Shown piece after piece: positions 1 through 10,923 of a stretch of DNA of 64,000 nt (within the stretch, counting starts at the first letter, position 1; every line of letters starts with the position of its first letter). Under the pieces are notes generated by a model. That model was not told the origin of the DNA. It saw nothing but the letters and a program-made list of their open reading frames with translations, and did no database searches. The position numbers were made by a program, and so were the translations under genes. Source of the DNA: Pelagomonas calceolata (lineage: Eukaryota); assembly GCA_918797485.1 (NCBI GenBank), contig CAKKNE010000004.1, positions 1,612,001 to 1,676,000 on the forward strand. Reading direction: 5' to 3'.

Positions 1-1024
1 CCGGCACCGGCCATGCCGGGCGCGATGCCGGGTGCGATGCCCGGCGCCATGCCCGGCGCCATGCCCGGCGCGCCGCCGCCGCGGCTGAGCCCCCCGAGCC
101 GGCCGGCCCGCCGCCGTTGCAGCCGCTCAAAGCCAAAGCCCGAGATGCCGGGCGCGCTCAACGCGGCGCCCCCAGCGCCTTCGGCGCCCGCTGTGCCCGG
201 CCTGCTCCAGCCGACGCCCTATGCGCCGCCGGTGCTCGCGCCCGTGCCTCAGCCAACGGGCGCCCTCGACCTCTTCGGGCTGCCCGTCGCCGCGCCGCCG
301 CCCGCCCAGGCGCCGGCGCCGCCGCCGCAGGAAGAGAGCTGGGGCCTCGACGGCCTCGACCTGAGCGCGGGGCCCGCGGCGCCGGCGCCCTCCGGCCGTC
401 TGGGCGCAGCTCCCGGAGGCCATGCAGCGCGAGATCCTGATGCAGCGCGGCGGCGATCCGCACGCCGACTCCGCGACGGCGGCCGTGCCGCCGCCGCGCG
501 GCGCGGACGCCTGCCGCTCCCAGACGCACGCCGAGGCGCCGGCGCACAGCATGCACGGCGTCGTGCAGATCGAGTGCCTCGCGCGGTGTTCTTTACGCAC
601 GCTGAATAAGGTCTGGAAGCCATCGGTCGTCATCATCAAAGGACATAGGGAGCTCCTCGTGTTCCGCAATTCGTCGGACTGGGCGCAGTACCGCACCGCA
701 AGCGTCCATCGGGGCGGCGACATCGTCCAAGCCATGAAGGCCGTGACGCCCTTAATCAAGCTGCACATCATGCTCAGCGCCGTGCATGTGACGGATGAGG
801 TGAAGGCCAAGGAATACAAGACCTTCGGGCCGACCTTCGGGCCACTGCACCACTTCACGCTGTCGGAGACGAGCGCGGAAGGGAAAGAAAAGGTCGTCGC
901 CAAGTTCGCGTCGCGCGGCGCGCGCGAGTGCCTCGACCTGCGCGGCGCGATCAACGCCGCCGTCCGCAGCGGCGGCGCGTCCCGTTCCGGTGGTGGCGAC
1001 GCCGTCGGCCGCTACAACTCGTGA
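1..1024 (+). CDS. 3' part of a Pro/Ala-rich protein with a UBM-like ubiquitin-binding motif and a C-terminal globular (possibly PH-like) domain; frameshifted as assembled
   Basis: MPGA repeats lie in ORF 13..609. The frame of ORF 422..1024 extends upstream to read PAVWAQLPEAMQREIL (UBM-like). Codons are strongly GC3-rich. The frame switch near 390 is probably a sequence error. Confidence 0.55.
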
Positions 1025-1036
1025 GTAGTTAGAGTG

Positions 1037-1087
1037 AGTAGTATAGGGTTTCGTGTACTTCATGCCCCCATACTGACAAATGACCCG
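1037..1087 (+). repeat. Short dispersed repeat, second copy at about 3881-3937
   Basis: Both loci share AGTAGTATAGGG...TACTTYATGYCCCATMCTGAC. Confidence 0.5.
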
Positions 1088-1726
1088 GATGCAAAGACGC
1101 ATACAAAATCCGAATTTTGAAATCCGATATATAAAAACTAACATATCCCGTCGACGGGTTATGTTATACGGACGCAGGCCAAGCGGGGAACAGATGATCC
1201 GTTTTGCAGAAGATTGGTGGCGCATGTTGCCGCGTATCTAGACGTGCTTCCTCGGTTCCGGTCCGCGTATTCAAACTATGTTTTAAATTATAGTTCGAGC
1301 ACCCTTCAAGCTCGGCGGGTTCGTGAAACTTGAACGATCATGATAAATGTTGTATGGTTACATTTTTACTAGCGCCGCCATGTTTAGTCATTTTTGTAAA
1401 TTAAGAGATCTGATATTAGTTGCAATTGAAAAGAATTAATCCAGGAGCACAAAAGACATGTTTTTCGGTATCGTAAAAACTTGAAGTTGAAATTAGAGAT
1501 AACTGGGACTCGGAAAAAAGAAATTCATCTTCTTGACTCGGAGCAGGGAGAAGGCTCTTAGTAGGTTTTTTCTATTTTTAGGTCTACCTTAATTTATTTA
1601 TTTATTTATTCAACTTGAAAGTCTATTTATTTTAGTAACCGGTGATGAATCCCTAAACATGGAACAGCGATGACACCGGTGACAAGCGATAGTATATATA
1701 AGACAAGTCACACGGCGAACGACACA

Positions 1727-3256
1727 CTAGATCCCGAGCACTGCGTAGTCGTGGATGAAGCAGTAGGCGAAGAAGAGCAGGTACCCCAGTATGTAGAAGA
1801 TGCCCGACAGCCGCGTCTGCACGTAGCGCTGAGTCACGGCGCTCACAACCGTGAACAGGAACGCGCCTGCGATGATGCCCGAACCTAAATCGGACGTCTG
1901 CACGAGGATGGGCTTCCCGTTTATAGCGGTCGAGATCGCCCACGGTAAACCCAGCGCAAATAACACATCGAAGATGTTCGATCCAAACACGTTCGCCACG
2001 GCCATCGTGCCCTCGCCCCGCCTAGCGACATCGAAGCTCACGAGGGCGTCCGGCAGCGACGTGCCGATGGCTCCGACGGTTAAACCGACGACGGCCGGCG
2101 ACAGCCCTATCAAACACGAGCACTTCTCGAGCCACTCCATCATCAGGAACACGATCAAGGTCAGCCAAACCAGGGAAGCCAAGAATAACAATACGAAGCG
2201 ATCCCGGTCCTTGAGCGGTCCTAACGTGCGCGACACGGGCGGCGCCCACGTGCGCTCCACGCCATGTAAACACGCGGCGCAGCCTGTATAACACTTTGCA
2301 CGTTTTCGAGGTTCCAGGTCATCATTTGCTTCGATGCCGCCTACGCCGCCGTCCCCTGTCGCTTTCTCGGGAGGTTTTGTGGGTGGTTCATCTCGCAGGT
2401 CAACATCTTCCAGATCCGTTTCCTTCGTCTCGGGAAGCTCGACCCCCTTGTTCGTTTCTTCTTCTCGGGAATTCTCCCAGAGCATTGTCACGTCGCTCTG
2501 GCAGCCCAGTTCCACGACTAATTGTTTCTCGGCCTTGCCTAAGGAAGCTGGTAAAATGCGCTTCTCGATGCACGTCCAGATCGCGCACAGGAACACGTAA
2601 AAGATATACAAGATGAGCATGGTCCACGCCTCGGCGGTCTCCACCATGCCGTCCCGGAACACCAGCACCAGCACCACAATCGTAACGGCGTAGAAGCCCA
2701 CATCTCGTATTAATGCTCTTGGATCGAGAATCATCCTCTGTCCGGGCGAGGCCAAGATCGCCCCGCCGATAATGATCAACTGGTTGAACACCGCGCTTCC
2801 AACCACAGTTCCCGTACCGACGTCGTTCGTGTCGGTGACAAACGTCGCGATCAGCTCCGCTATTAACTCTGGAGCTGAAGAACCAGCCGCCATCAAGGTA
2901 GCCCCCGCGACGGCCGGCGGCAACTCCCACGCGGCCACCATGCACGCGATGGCGACGGCGAAGTACTGCTCCGCGACGTGGGCGATGCCCGCGAAGCACC
3001 AGCAGACGCCCACAAAATACAAGGGAATGGCCCACGGCGACTTGATGCCCGCCGGGTCGGCCCAGCTCTTTTTACAGGCGGTCGTCGACTCACCGCGGCG
3101 CGCGTGGTGGTCCAGTTCCTCCCTGTCCTCCTCGGTCTCGTCGTCGTCATTGGCTAGGCGGCGGCCCCGCAGGTTGCCGGGTGCGACCGCTCCGTGGAAT
3201 AGCGGGGATAGCGCCGCCGCAGCGACCAGCAGGAGCAACCATTTGCGCTGTCGCAT
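1727..3256 (-). CDS. K+-dependent Na+/Ca2+ exchanger (NCKX/SLC24, CaCA superfamily)
   Basis: Alpha-1 repeat AGATLMAAGSSAPEL and GTVVGSAVFN; alpha-2 repeat GTSLPD and GSNIFD; two TM clusters; signal peptide after the first ATG at 3256. Confidence 0.93.
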   Translation of the reverse strand: MRQRKWLLLLVAAAALSPLFHGAVAPGNLRGRRLANDDDETEEDREELDHHARRGESTTACKKSWADPAGIKSPWAIPLYFVGVCWCFAGIAHVAEQYFAVAIACMVAAWELPPAVAGATLMAAGSSAPELIAELIATFVTDTNDVGTGTVVGSAVFNQLIIIGGAILASPGQRMILDPRALIRDVGFYAVTIVVLVLVFRDGMVETAEAWTMLILYIFYVFLCAIWTCIEKRILPASLGKAEKQLVVELGCQSDVTMLWENSREEETNKGVELPETKETDLEDVDLRDEPPTKPPEKATGDGGVGGIEANDDLEPRKRAKCYTGCAACLHGVERTWAPPVSRTLGPLKDRDRFVLLFLASLVWLTLIVFLMMEWLEKCSCLIGLSPAVVGLTVGAIGTSLPDALVSFDVARRGEGTMAVANVFGSNIFDVLFALGLPWAISTAINGKPILVQTSDLGSGIIAGAFLFTVVSAVTQRYVQTRLSGIFYILGYLLFFAYCFIHDYAVLGI

Positions 3257-3511
3257 GCTGCTTGCGCCGGAGCCTGCCCCACCGTTGCGCAAACAATTAG
3301 TCTAGGCTGCCCGAAGTTGGGTCTCGTAGCGAGCGCGCGTTCGCAATGCAACTGCCAGCCTCGCCGCCGGTCGAACCTTCAGTCGAACCTCAGCACGTGA
3401 TCGAGGCGCAGGCGCGCCGCGCGATGAGACCATCGGAAAGGTCTGCGTAGAAGTCGCCGGTGAGTCGCGCCTCGAGAGGCCTCCGGGCTTGCCAAATCGC
3501 ACCCGAGATCA

Positions 3512-3687
3512 TGCTAGTGTCTTACAGGCCGCTAGCTGCGCGCCAGACTCTAAGTTCTGATTTGCGGGATCGGCGATGAGTCAGCGACGATGAGGCAGTC
3601 TGAGGGGGTGTCGCTCCGGGGTGCGGCTTCCAGGGCTTCCCGCGCGTGGAGGAAATCCCGCGGCTAGCGGCCTGTAAGACACTAGCA
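3512..3687. mobile_element. MITE-like element with 25-bp perfect terminal inverted repeats
   Basis: TGCTAGTGTCTTACAGGCCGCTAGC at 3512-3536 and its exact reverse complement at 3663-3687; no clear target-site duplication (TSD). Confidence 0.7.
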
Positions 3688-4010
3688 AGCAAGCGCCAGG
3701 TCCACCGGGCGCCAGGACGTGATAGCTGTCACTTGCTGGCGCACGTCGCTGCCCAGGACTGCGGGCACAATGGTGCTCGACCGCCGCTCCCTCAGCTACG
3801 CCGCTATCGGCCTCAGCCTGAGCCCATCATGGATGCTCTTAGACCTCGAGGTACGGCCAGCCGCGGCAGATTCCAACGTAAGTAGTATAGGGATTTATAT
3901 ACTTTTTATATACTTTATGTCCCATCCTGACGGATGATACATAAAAGCATGCGGCCGACCGTGCCCGCCCCGGGGATACACGACCCCGTGCGATTAGATC
4001 TCATAAAGAT

Positions 4011-4156
4011 GCGCGTGGCTGTACGCTCAGGCTCATTGCGCCGCCAAAAAATAAAATCAACGTTAGCCTAAGGCTAAGCGCTTGACCCCGCTATAAATTT
4101 CGAGGTTTCCACGGAGCCTAAGCGTCGTAGGCTACTAAATCATTCTAATTAGAGCT
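4011..4156 (-). mobile_element. Fragment of MITE family A, inverted orientation
   Basis: The reverse complement aligns to the 5' part of the copies at 13432 and 30355 (AGCTCTAATTAGAATGA...GACGCTTA...GAAATTTATAG..GGGTCAAGCGC...GAGCGTACAGCCACGCG). Confidence 0.75.
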
Positions 4157-4429
4157 CAGGCTCACTGGCAGGCTCACTGGCACTGGCCCGGGCAGGCTGG
4201 CCCGGGCCCGAGTCTACGAAAGCGTGTCGAGCTCGATGGCGACGAGCGAATCCGCGCTCCCGCAAGACGCTGGCGAGCGCGCCGCCGCGTAGACACCAGT
4301 CCTTATCCTAGTCTACCTTTCCGAACGCCTAGGTATTGTCTAGCCCCCCACATTTTGTCCAAATTATCAGTGGACCGGTAACAAACTCGTAACCATCGCG
4401 ACTGCGCGCCGAGGGCCTGGTGGGCTGAC

Positions 4430-6225
4430 ATGTCACGACAGATGATCGGAACCAGAGGCAACTTGACTTCGTCGATGGGAACTACCGCTGCCCAAGGGGT
4501 TGCCTTAGGAACGGCGGTTAATATTTCAGAGCGCCCTGTGACACAGCAGGGCATGCGAGGCATGAAGACTACCCACGGACCTGCACGAAAAGTTCAAGAT
4601 TCTTCTTATTATGTTGGTGTTCTCCGGAATAAGGTCAATGTTCACCCGCCGTACTTACCCGGAACACATCTTTAGGTGACTGAGTTGACTACCGAAATCT
4701 ACAGTCTACAAACAGAACATAAGCAACATGAGCGATCAGTGAATGAGCATGGCGGGCTCCAAAAGCACCATGATAGTCTCTTGAATCGAGTGCGCATTCT
4801 AGAGGGTACATTGGCCGATTACAATCTAGCACTGGACAAAGCCCGTGTTAGTACGCACTAGCGTTCGACCAAATAAAATATAAACGCAGAACCTTCCTAT
4901 TGATAGGCACCGACCCAGTGGAACTGGACGAATATATATCAGGATTCCGAGCTAAAAACAAGCAATTTGCCAACGAAGTTGATCGCATATTTGTGATTAA
5001 AAAACAAAAAGACGAAGAGACTAAGAAGCTGGATACACAGATTCAGGAAGTGCATGAGCTCATTCGCTGCAAGATAGCAGATCTTGATACAGACAAACTG
5101 GCTCTATACAGCCAACTTTTGGGATTTTCATTGGAGCTTTCTAAAAAGCAAGATGTGGCTCTCGCAGATGTTGATAGTCTCATTTCCCAAGTGGACAACG
5201 ATAGCGGTGATCAACGACAGCATTTCTCTGATGATTACGCACAACTTTTGAAACGCCACACGTGGCTACAAAAAGAAGAAGGGAGTCTTGCTGAGGAGGT
5301 CGCCATCTGGGAGTTGTCAGATCCCTCTGAAGCGCTTCTCAACCTCAAGCACCGTGTTGAGGCGCAATCGAAACAGATAAGGAGGTGTGAGGAATCTACA
5401 AGAAGACTCCGGGAGCAAATTGAAGCTGCGCAAACGCAACTGGCTGAGTTTCACGACGAGATGAAGGAACGTAAGGTCGAGGCAAGTAGTGACAGCGAAA
5501 AATATGAGAAGTTAAGGCAACGTGAGACTGAAATGAGCCAGTTTATATCGCAATTTGAGGCTACACGTGAGTTAGTAGCTCAGGATCAAGTGCAAGCCCA
5601 GGATACGATTGCAACGCTGTTGGAACATATATCGCAAGGACTTGAGCAGCGGAGCTCGATGCCGTCGCAGCAACGGCTACGAGAGATGCGCGACGAAGCA
5701 AGCTTCAAGGAACGTCAACTGGAGTCTAGCCAACATACAACGTTGAGACTCACCCAAGAACGCAAGCAACGCGAAGCAGAGATGGCTAAGATTGAAACAT
5801 TAGAGGAAAAAATCCAAATCGAACTTAGTTCACTACAGCAGAAGATGAAAATGATGCAAAGCGATATGATTGAGTTTGATGACGTAAATGGTCTTCGTAA
5901 ACGCGCGTCAACCACAATGACTGCTCTATCGAGGCTAATAAAAGAGTACCAAGGTCGTCGTGAATCAGTTAAGTGCCAGGTGACACAACTGACATCCAAG
6001 TATGAAGCATTAAAAGGGAAAATTCAGTCTTCAGAAGCGGCAAGATCACTATCTACGCTAGAAGCAAAACTACGCACATATGGTCAGACTATATTTCACC
6101 TTCGAGAATACGCTGAAACGAAAACTCGCGAGACAGACTACACGCTACTTAAAGATTCCTGTATGGCTACTGTCGAAAAGCTAAATACTCACGCTAAGAC
6201 AGCAGTCAACATGGGTCATCTTTGA
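4430..6225 (+). CDS. IFT74: Intraflagellar transport protein 74
   Basis: RPVTQQGM motif, VQDSSYY..LR.K, LADYNLALDK and a long coiled coil. GT-AG introns 4634-4675 and 4851-4906 join three ORFs in frame. The 5' end is uncertain. Confidence 0.9.
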
Positions 6226-6712
6226 TTCAAGGTAAACGCCATACATTGCAATGCCACATGCAGCGTAATCTTTGGAGTCTTAATCATTAAATAATGGCAT
6301 GCGCGGGAAAGCGTAGCTTTGTGTTACTACAAAAGACAGCAAGGATACCAAAAAATACTAAATAGATTGTGCGTTTGTGCATCACGCAGAGGCAAGTGCG
6401 GCTCGGGTGCCTATGCCTAAAGAAATATTGTACCCTAAGCGCCCTCGCGTTGTGCTGCTTGAGGAATCACAATACGGAGGCCCAGGGGTTGAAATGCCGA
6501 ACAATTCCCCTTCTGAAGTTAGAAGACGGCCTTCAAATTCCAAAGGCCTAGCTGGCTGCGATTAGTACGCGGGTGGAAGCAAACGAAGAATCAAGCATAG
6601 CGTTCCTCGAGTCAAAGCTTGAACGACAAAACTCGCCACAACTGAGCTTGGGGGGTGGCTCACACCACGCCGGGGCATCCGTGCTAGGCTGACAATCGCC
6701 CGTAGTAGTATA

Positions 6713-6799
6713 TGAAGTAGAGCCCATTTTGCATCAAAACGGACGCTCACGGGAAAAGCCGTTCGCTAACCGTTTGGATGCAAAATGAGCTCTACTTCA
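6713..6799. repeat. Long inverted repeat (hairpin) with 30-bp arms and 2 mismatches
   Basis: TGAAGTAGAGCCCATTTTGCATCAAAACGG ... CCGTTTGGATGCAAAATGAGCTCTACTTCA. Confidence 0.8.
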
Positions 6800-7641
6800 A
6801 TTATATTACGACCGAAATCCATGGTTCTGGGTGGCCGATTTTGGGGGTCTAATGAAGGGGCCGGACCCCACCTTGGGGATTCCCTCCACCGAGCGCCCGA
6901 AGGGGGCGCATCGGTCGGGGAGACTCGTAGGGCCCTCTTAAGGGTCGGCTGAGGTCAGGGTGGTGTATGGGGATCGGGACTAGGGCGCAGCGGCGCGCTG
7001 AAAACGGCAAAAACCCGTGAATCTCGATTAAAGGCGATTTGGTTTTGGCCTCGTGCGCAGCCTAAACGCACCCATAGGCAGCCCCAAGCTATTTCTGACC
7101 GCTCAAGGGGTCGGCCGAGGCGGTGCGCCAAGAAAAAGCGCGGCAGCACAACATTTCGCGATGCGCCAAATCGCTCTCCTACCACATGATGTGCGATACG
7201 CGATGTGGGCACGCCACTGCACAAAAAGCGGTGCGGACAGTACGGTGGGTATGCCCGGAGGCCCGCGGACAACTTCAGGCGCTCGAAAAGCTGGAAATCA
7301 TTGCACCGCGGCGGCCGCGTCGAGGTCGACGCGGGACGAATATGACGGCAGAGTACTCCTAGCTCAAAAGCCATACGTCTGGACCATTTACTGAACTCAG
7401 CACTGTTCATGTGATTTCCAGGGAATGCTTCTAGTGAATCCTCGTCCCACCCAAGTGGTGTTACTTGTCGTACTCAGGCTAGTAAGCGTTTAAATGTGAA
7501 ACATTTAGGCTAGTGTAGTACTAGGGGGTATATTCTTCGCAAGGTTTCCGGAAGTCACAGGTCTCCGACTTATATCCGCAACCCCGGCACCGTCCCCTGC
7601 TAAGCTCAGGAATGTGACCGAGGCTTGCCTTTCACTGGTAT

Positions 7642-7687
7642 TACCGTAGGTACCTACGGTACCGTACCGTAGGTACCTACCTACGGT
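7642..7687. repeat. TA-(CCG/CGG/CC/GG) array containing a 20-bp perfect palindrome, upstream of the SET gene
   Basis: TACCGTAGGTACCTACGGTA at 7642-7661; related arrays at 31961, 38637-38792, 53527-53559 and 61767-61807. Confidence 0.8.
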
Positions 7688-7747
7688 TTCGCAATGTGGA
7701 CACGGTACTGCGGGTTTCGCAATGCGGACCCATGCTGCCCCTAGGTG

Positions 7748-10609
7748 ATGACCGTCGCCATTTGTGCTAGACGCATTAGTCATCAAATAGGAGCTACGCT
7801 GGTATTTTCGCATCTGTTTTTTTTTTGTGCCCCCACGAATGCCAACCTTATTGATTGGCTGCGGCTTAAAGGGGGGATTGCGAATGGGCTCGAGATGGCT
7901 GAATTTGAGGGCATGGGCTACGGCCTAAGATGTTCATCACGACTCGAGACAGGCGCCCAGGCACTATTTGTACCATCATCTGTGATATTCAGTGGTGGGA
8001 ACGGGAATACAATTGCGCGTGCCCACGGGCAAATTCAGCCGCTTAGTGATGCAGATGCTATCGCCTTTAATCTGCTCTTGGAGCAGGCTAAAGGTCCGAA
8101 ATCTGTTTGGGCATTGTACATGTCTATGCTACCTCCCGCTGTCCTCACGCCGAAATTGTTTGGACAACCAGCCCTTAGCGCGTTGCATGAACCACAAGTT
8201 GCCAGACGTGCTGCAAGAGCACACGATCTAGCTGCAGCTACATTGGTGCGGGTCTCGCCAAGCCTTAGACGCGCAGTGCGGGCAGGCTGTGCTTTGGCGA
8301 GCGCCTCGGACATGAACATATGTATTGAGGCACACACGTCGATGGCAAGCTGGGCCTGGGCATTGTCGATTGTGAACTCAAGGGCATTGATATTCAAGGG
8401 CGTTCGTTTCCTCGTACCCATCGCAGACCTTGTCAATCATCGGACACACATTGGTGCGTGGATGCGGGAAGTTGAACATGGCAATTTCTTCTTGAAACAC
8501 CACGTTTTATCTACTTCAGGGCTTCACACATCAAGCGATCGCAACTTCGCTCCAGGCTACCAATTTTTTGAAGACTACGGTGACAACCCAACTCACATTT
8601 ATGTTGAACACCATGGCTTTGTCCCGGAAGAAGAGAATCCTTTTGACTGTGCGCCTGTCAAGCTTCCTAGCCTAAATCACGACGGGAATGGCCGCGCAAA
8701 TAGTCGAATTGACGTCCTGACTGCAGTTGGTGTCCATAGGATGCCATCAAAATGCATGCCTGGCGAGCTCAATCGCGTCCGTCAGGATGTACGCATCTTG
8801 ATATGGGCGCTCAGCATAAACACCACACAGCTTGAGGCCTGTCCTGCCACACTTAGCGACGGTGCTGCATCCTCTCAATGCGAGTATGCTTTTCCGCTGC
8901 CATCTTTGCACGAACGTGTAATCGCCCCCGCATTACTCAACGAAGCAACGGGCGGGCTTGCGGCCTTTAAGACGACACTAAAGAAAGATGAGATGGCTCT
9001 GGTAGATCCTTTGCTCGCACACGATCTGCGCCTCTCTATTTGCTTCCGAAAATCCCGGAAGCGTGTCTTGATGCGACTCGCCAGCGAAGCTGCGGCCGCC
9101 ATAATATGCGAAACTTCTAATAACAATCCCCACGATAAAAATGACGACCGTGTTGCACATGCGCCATTTGTGGAGCTTAAAAAAACTGTGATGCTGGGTC
9201 CACTAACAAAACGTGTCGCTGACTTCAATGCATGGACAAGCTCACGTAATTGGCCAGTGCTTCACGTAAAAGCAGCGATCCTGTCGTCACATGGAGGCCG
9301 GATTGGTGCGGTTGCAACTAAATCTTTAAATCAGGGGGAAGTCTACGTAGACGTCCCAGAGACTGACTGTCTAACAACAAGTGCTGCCCGCCGCGAGATT
9401 GGTACTGCAGTGCGTTCTCTCGATGACTTCCATGCAATTTTAATTTTTCTGGTGAAGTGCGTTGTGGCTTTAATCGGCAGTGATGGCAATGTCAATACCA
9501 CAAACAATCAGTTTGGACCCTACCTCGCTCTGCTTCCAGGAATTGATGAAATTGTCAGTTTAACCCTTGGCATCACATTGGGCCAGGATCATCACAGTGC
9601 CCAGAGCCCCCCGCTACTTTGGGCCAACTTGCCCACAAAGGCTGCAACTTTTGCACGGGACCGTCTTGAGGGCTCGGCCCTTGTGATCGCCCTACCTGCA
9701 TACGTCGCCTCGACGCAGCGTACCTACAATGCCATACTCCAGCGTATCAACCGGCGGGCTCTTGGAGCAGCCATCCGGCACTCTGACGTCGCTCTGTCTT
9801 GGCCCGTCTTCCGATGGGCTGCTCAGATCCTCGATAGTCGCTCTATATGGTGGAACGGTCAACGCCATCTAGTCCCAATGCTTGACCTTGTCAATGCGGT
9901 ACTTTTCATGTTTGGAATAGTCTTTAAGGTCAATTCCGGCGTAGGCAGATGCATTCGAGATACCACCCGGCACGAGCGTGCATCGCACCTCAACAGCAGT
10001 GCGAGATAGAAAGCGATTTGCCATTACATCTGCTGCGTGGCAGTTTGATCAAGGGGAACAAGTCCCTCGCCACGTCTAATTGAATTTACGAGCTTATTCT
10101 TTGGGTGTGTATTGTGGTAATCACAGGTTCTTGAGAATTATGGGCAACCGAATCATATCCTTTACCTTTATCATGGCTTTGCTCTAAGTGCCAATGACCA
10201 CGACTGCGTGCGTCTCGACTTTAAGATGACCATGGCCCATGATTCGGACGCACTGGACTCTGAAACTCCTGAATCTGCGGCCGTGAAGCGGCGTCTCTTG
10301 ACTTTTGGCTTCGGTGCATTGGATTACACCACTTGTGTCACGTCTGGTTCCCCGCATCTTGGGCGTCTGCTTGAGTTCATATCTATCAAGCACGGTGTTT
10401 CTCATAAAATTCATCACTCCCACTCGGGCGCTTATCTAGCACTGCTCGAGGAGGTTGACCACCGCATTTATATTTACGACCTGAATACCCGAGGTACTGT
10501 CGGTCACGCAAAGACGCTGATCTATAACGAGCTCGACCATCTCCGGAAGCTGAGAAGTGAACTTACCTACCTGCTTGGGTACAATGCGTTTCTTCCACTC
10601 GGGCGCTAA
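7748..10609 (+). CDS. Tandem double SET-domain protein methyltransferase (Rubisco-LSMT/SETD3-like class) with a predicted N-terminal signal peptide
   Basis: SET1: GMGYGL, LVPIADLVNH, FEDYGDNP..IYVEHHGF. SET2: LVPMLDLVNA, then after two GT-AG introns (about 9899-9944 and 10062-10126) GEQVLENYGQPNHILYLYHGF. Confidence 0.85.
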
Positions 10610-10700
10610 TTCATACTAGTTCTGTGCTGCCATTGATACCGTGACGAGTACTTCTCGTACTCCCCCAACTGACCTACTTTGCCGCTAAGTTATAAGCTGA

Positions 10701-10923
10701 GGTCGACACTTAAAGCGCAATCTGCCGCAGCCACGCGCCGGCCGAATGGCGGCAAACTTTCGCTGAGGCGCAGGTTCCGTATGCTAAAATGATGGGCTGT
10801 GCACAGTTTGCTGCGGTGCGGGCAGCCTCGCGAAGAAAAATCAGCTGAGACGCGGTGCGATGATGCGTGGTCAGATGCCAGTGTGAGATTAAACCCGCCC
10901 CAACCATATCGCTCCAAAGACAG
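10701..10923 (+). mobile_element. MITE family A, internal fragment
   Basis: High similarity to about 13600-13800, e.g. the shared GATGATGCGTGGTCAGATGCCAGTGTGAGATTAAACCCGCCCCAACCATATCGCTCC. Confidence 0.85.

Noticed and set aside
380..425. Programmed frameshift in the first gene
   Set aside because: No slippery site is evident; an indel error in very GC-rich sequence is more likely.
1851..3305. Long antisense and overlapping ORFs over NCKX and other genes
   Set aside because: Shadow ORFs expected from GC-rich codon usage.
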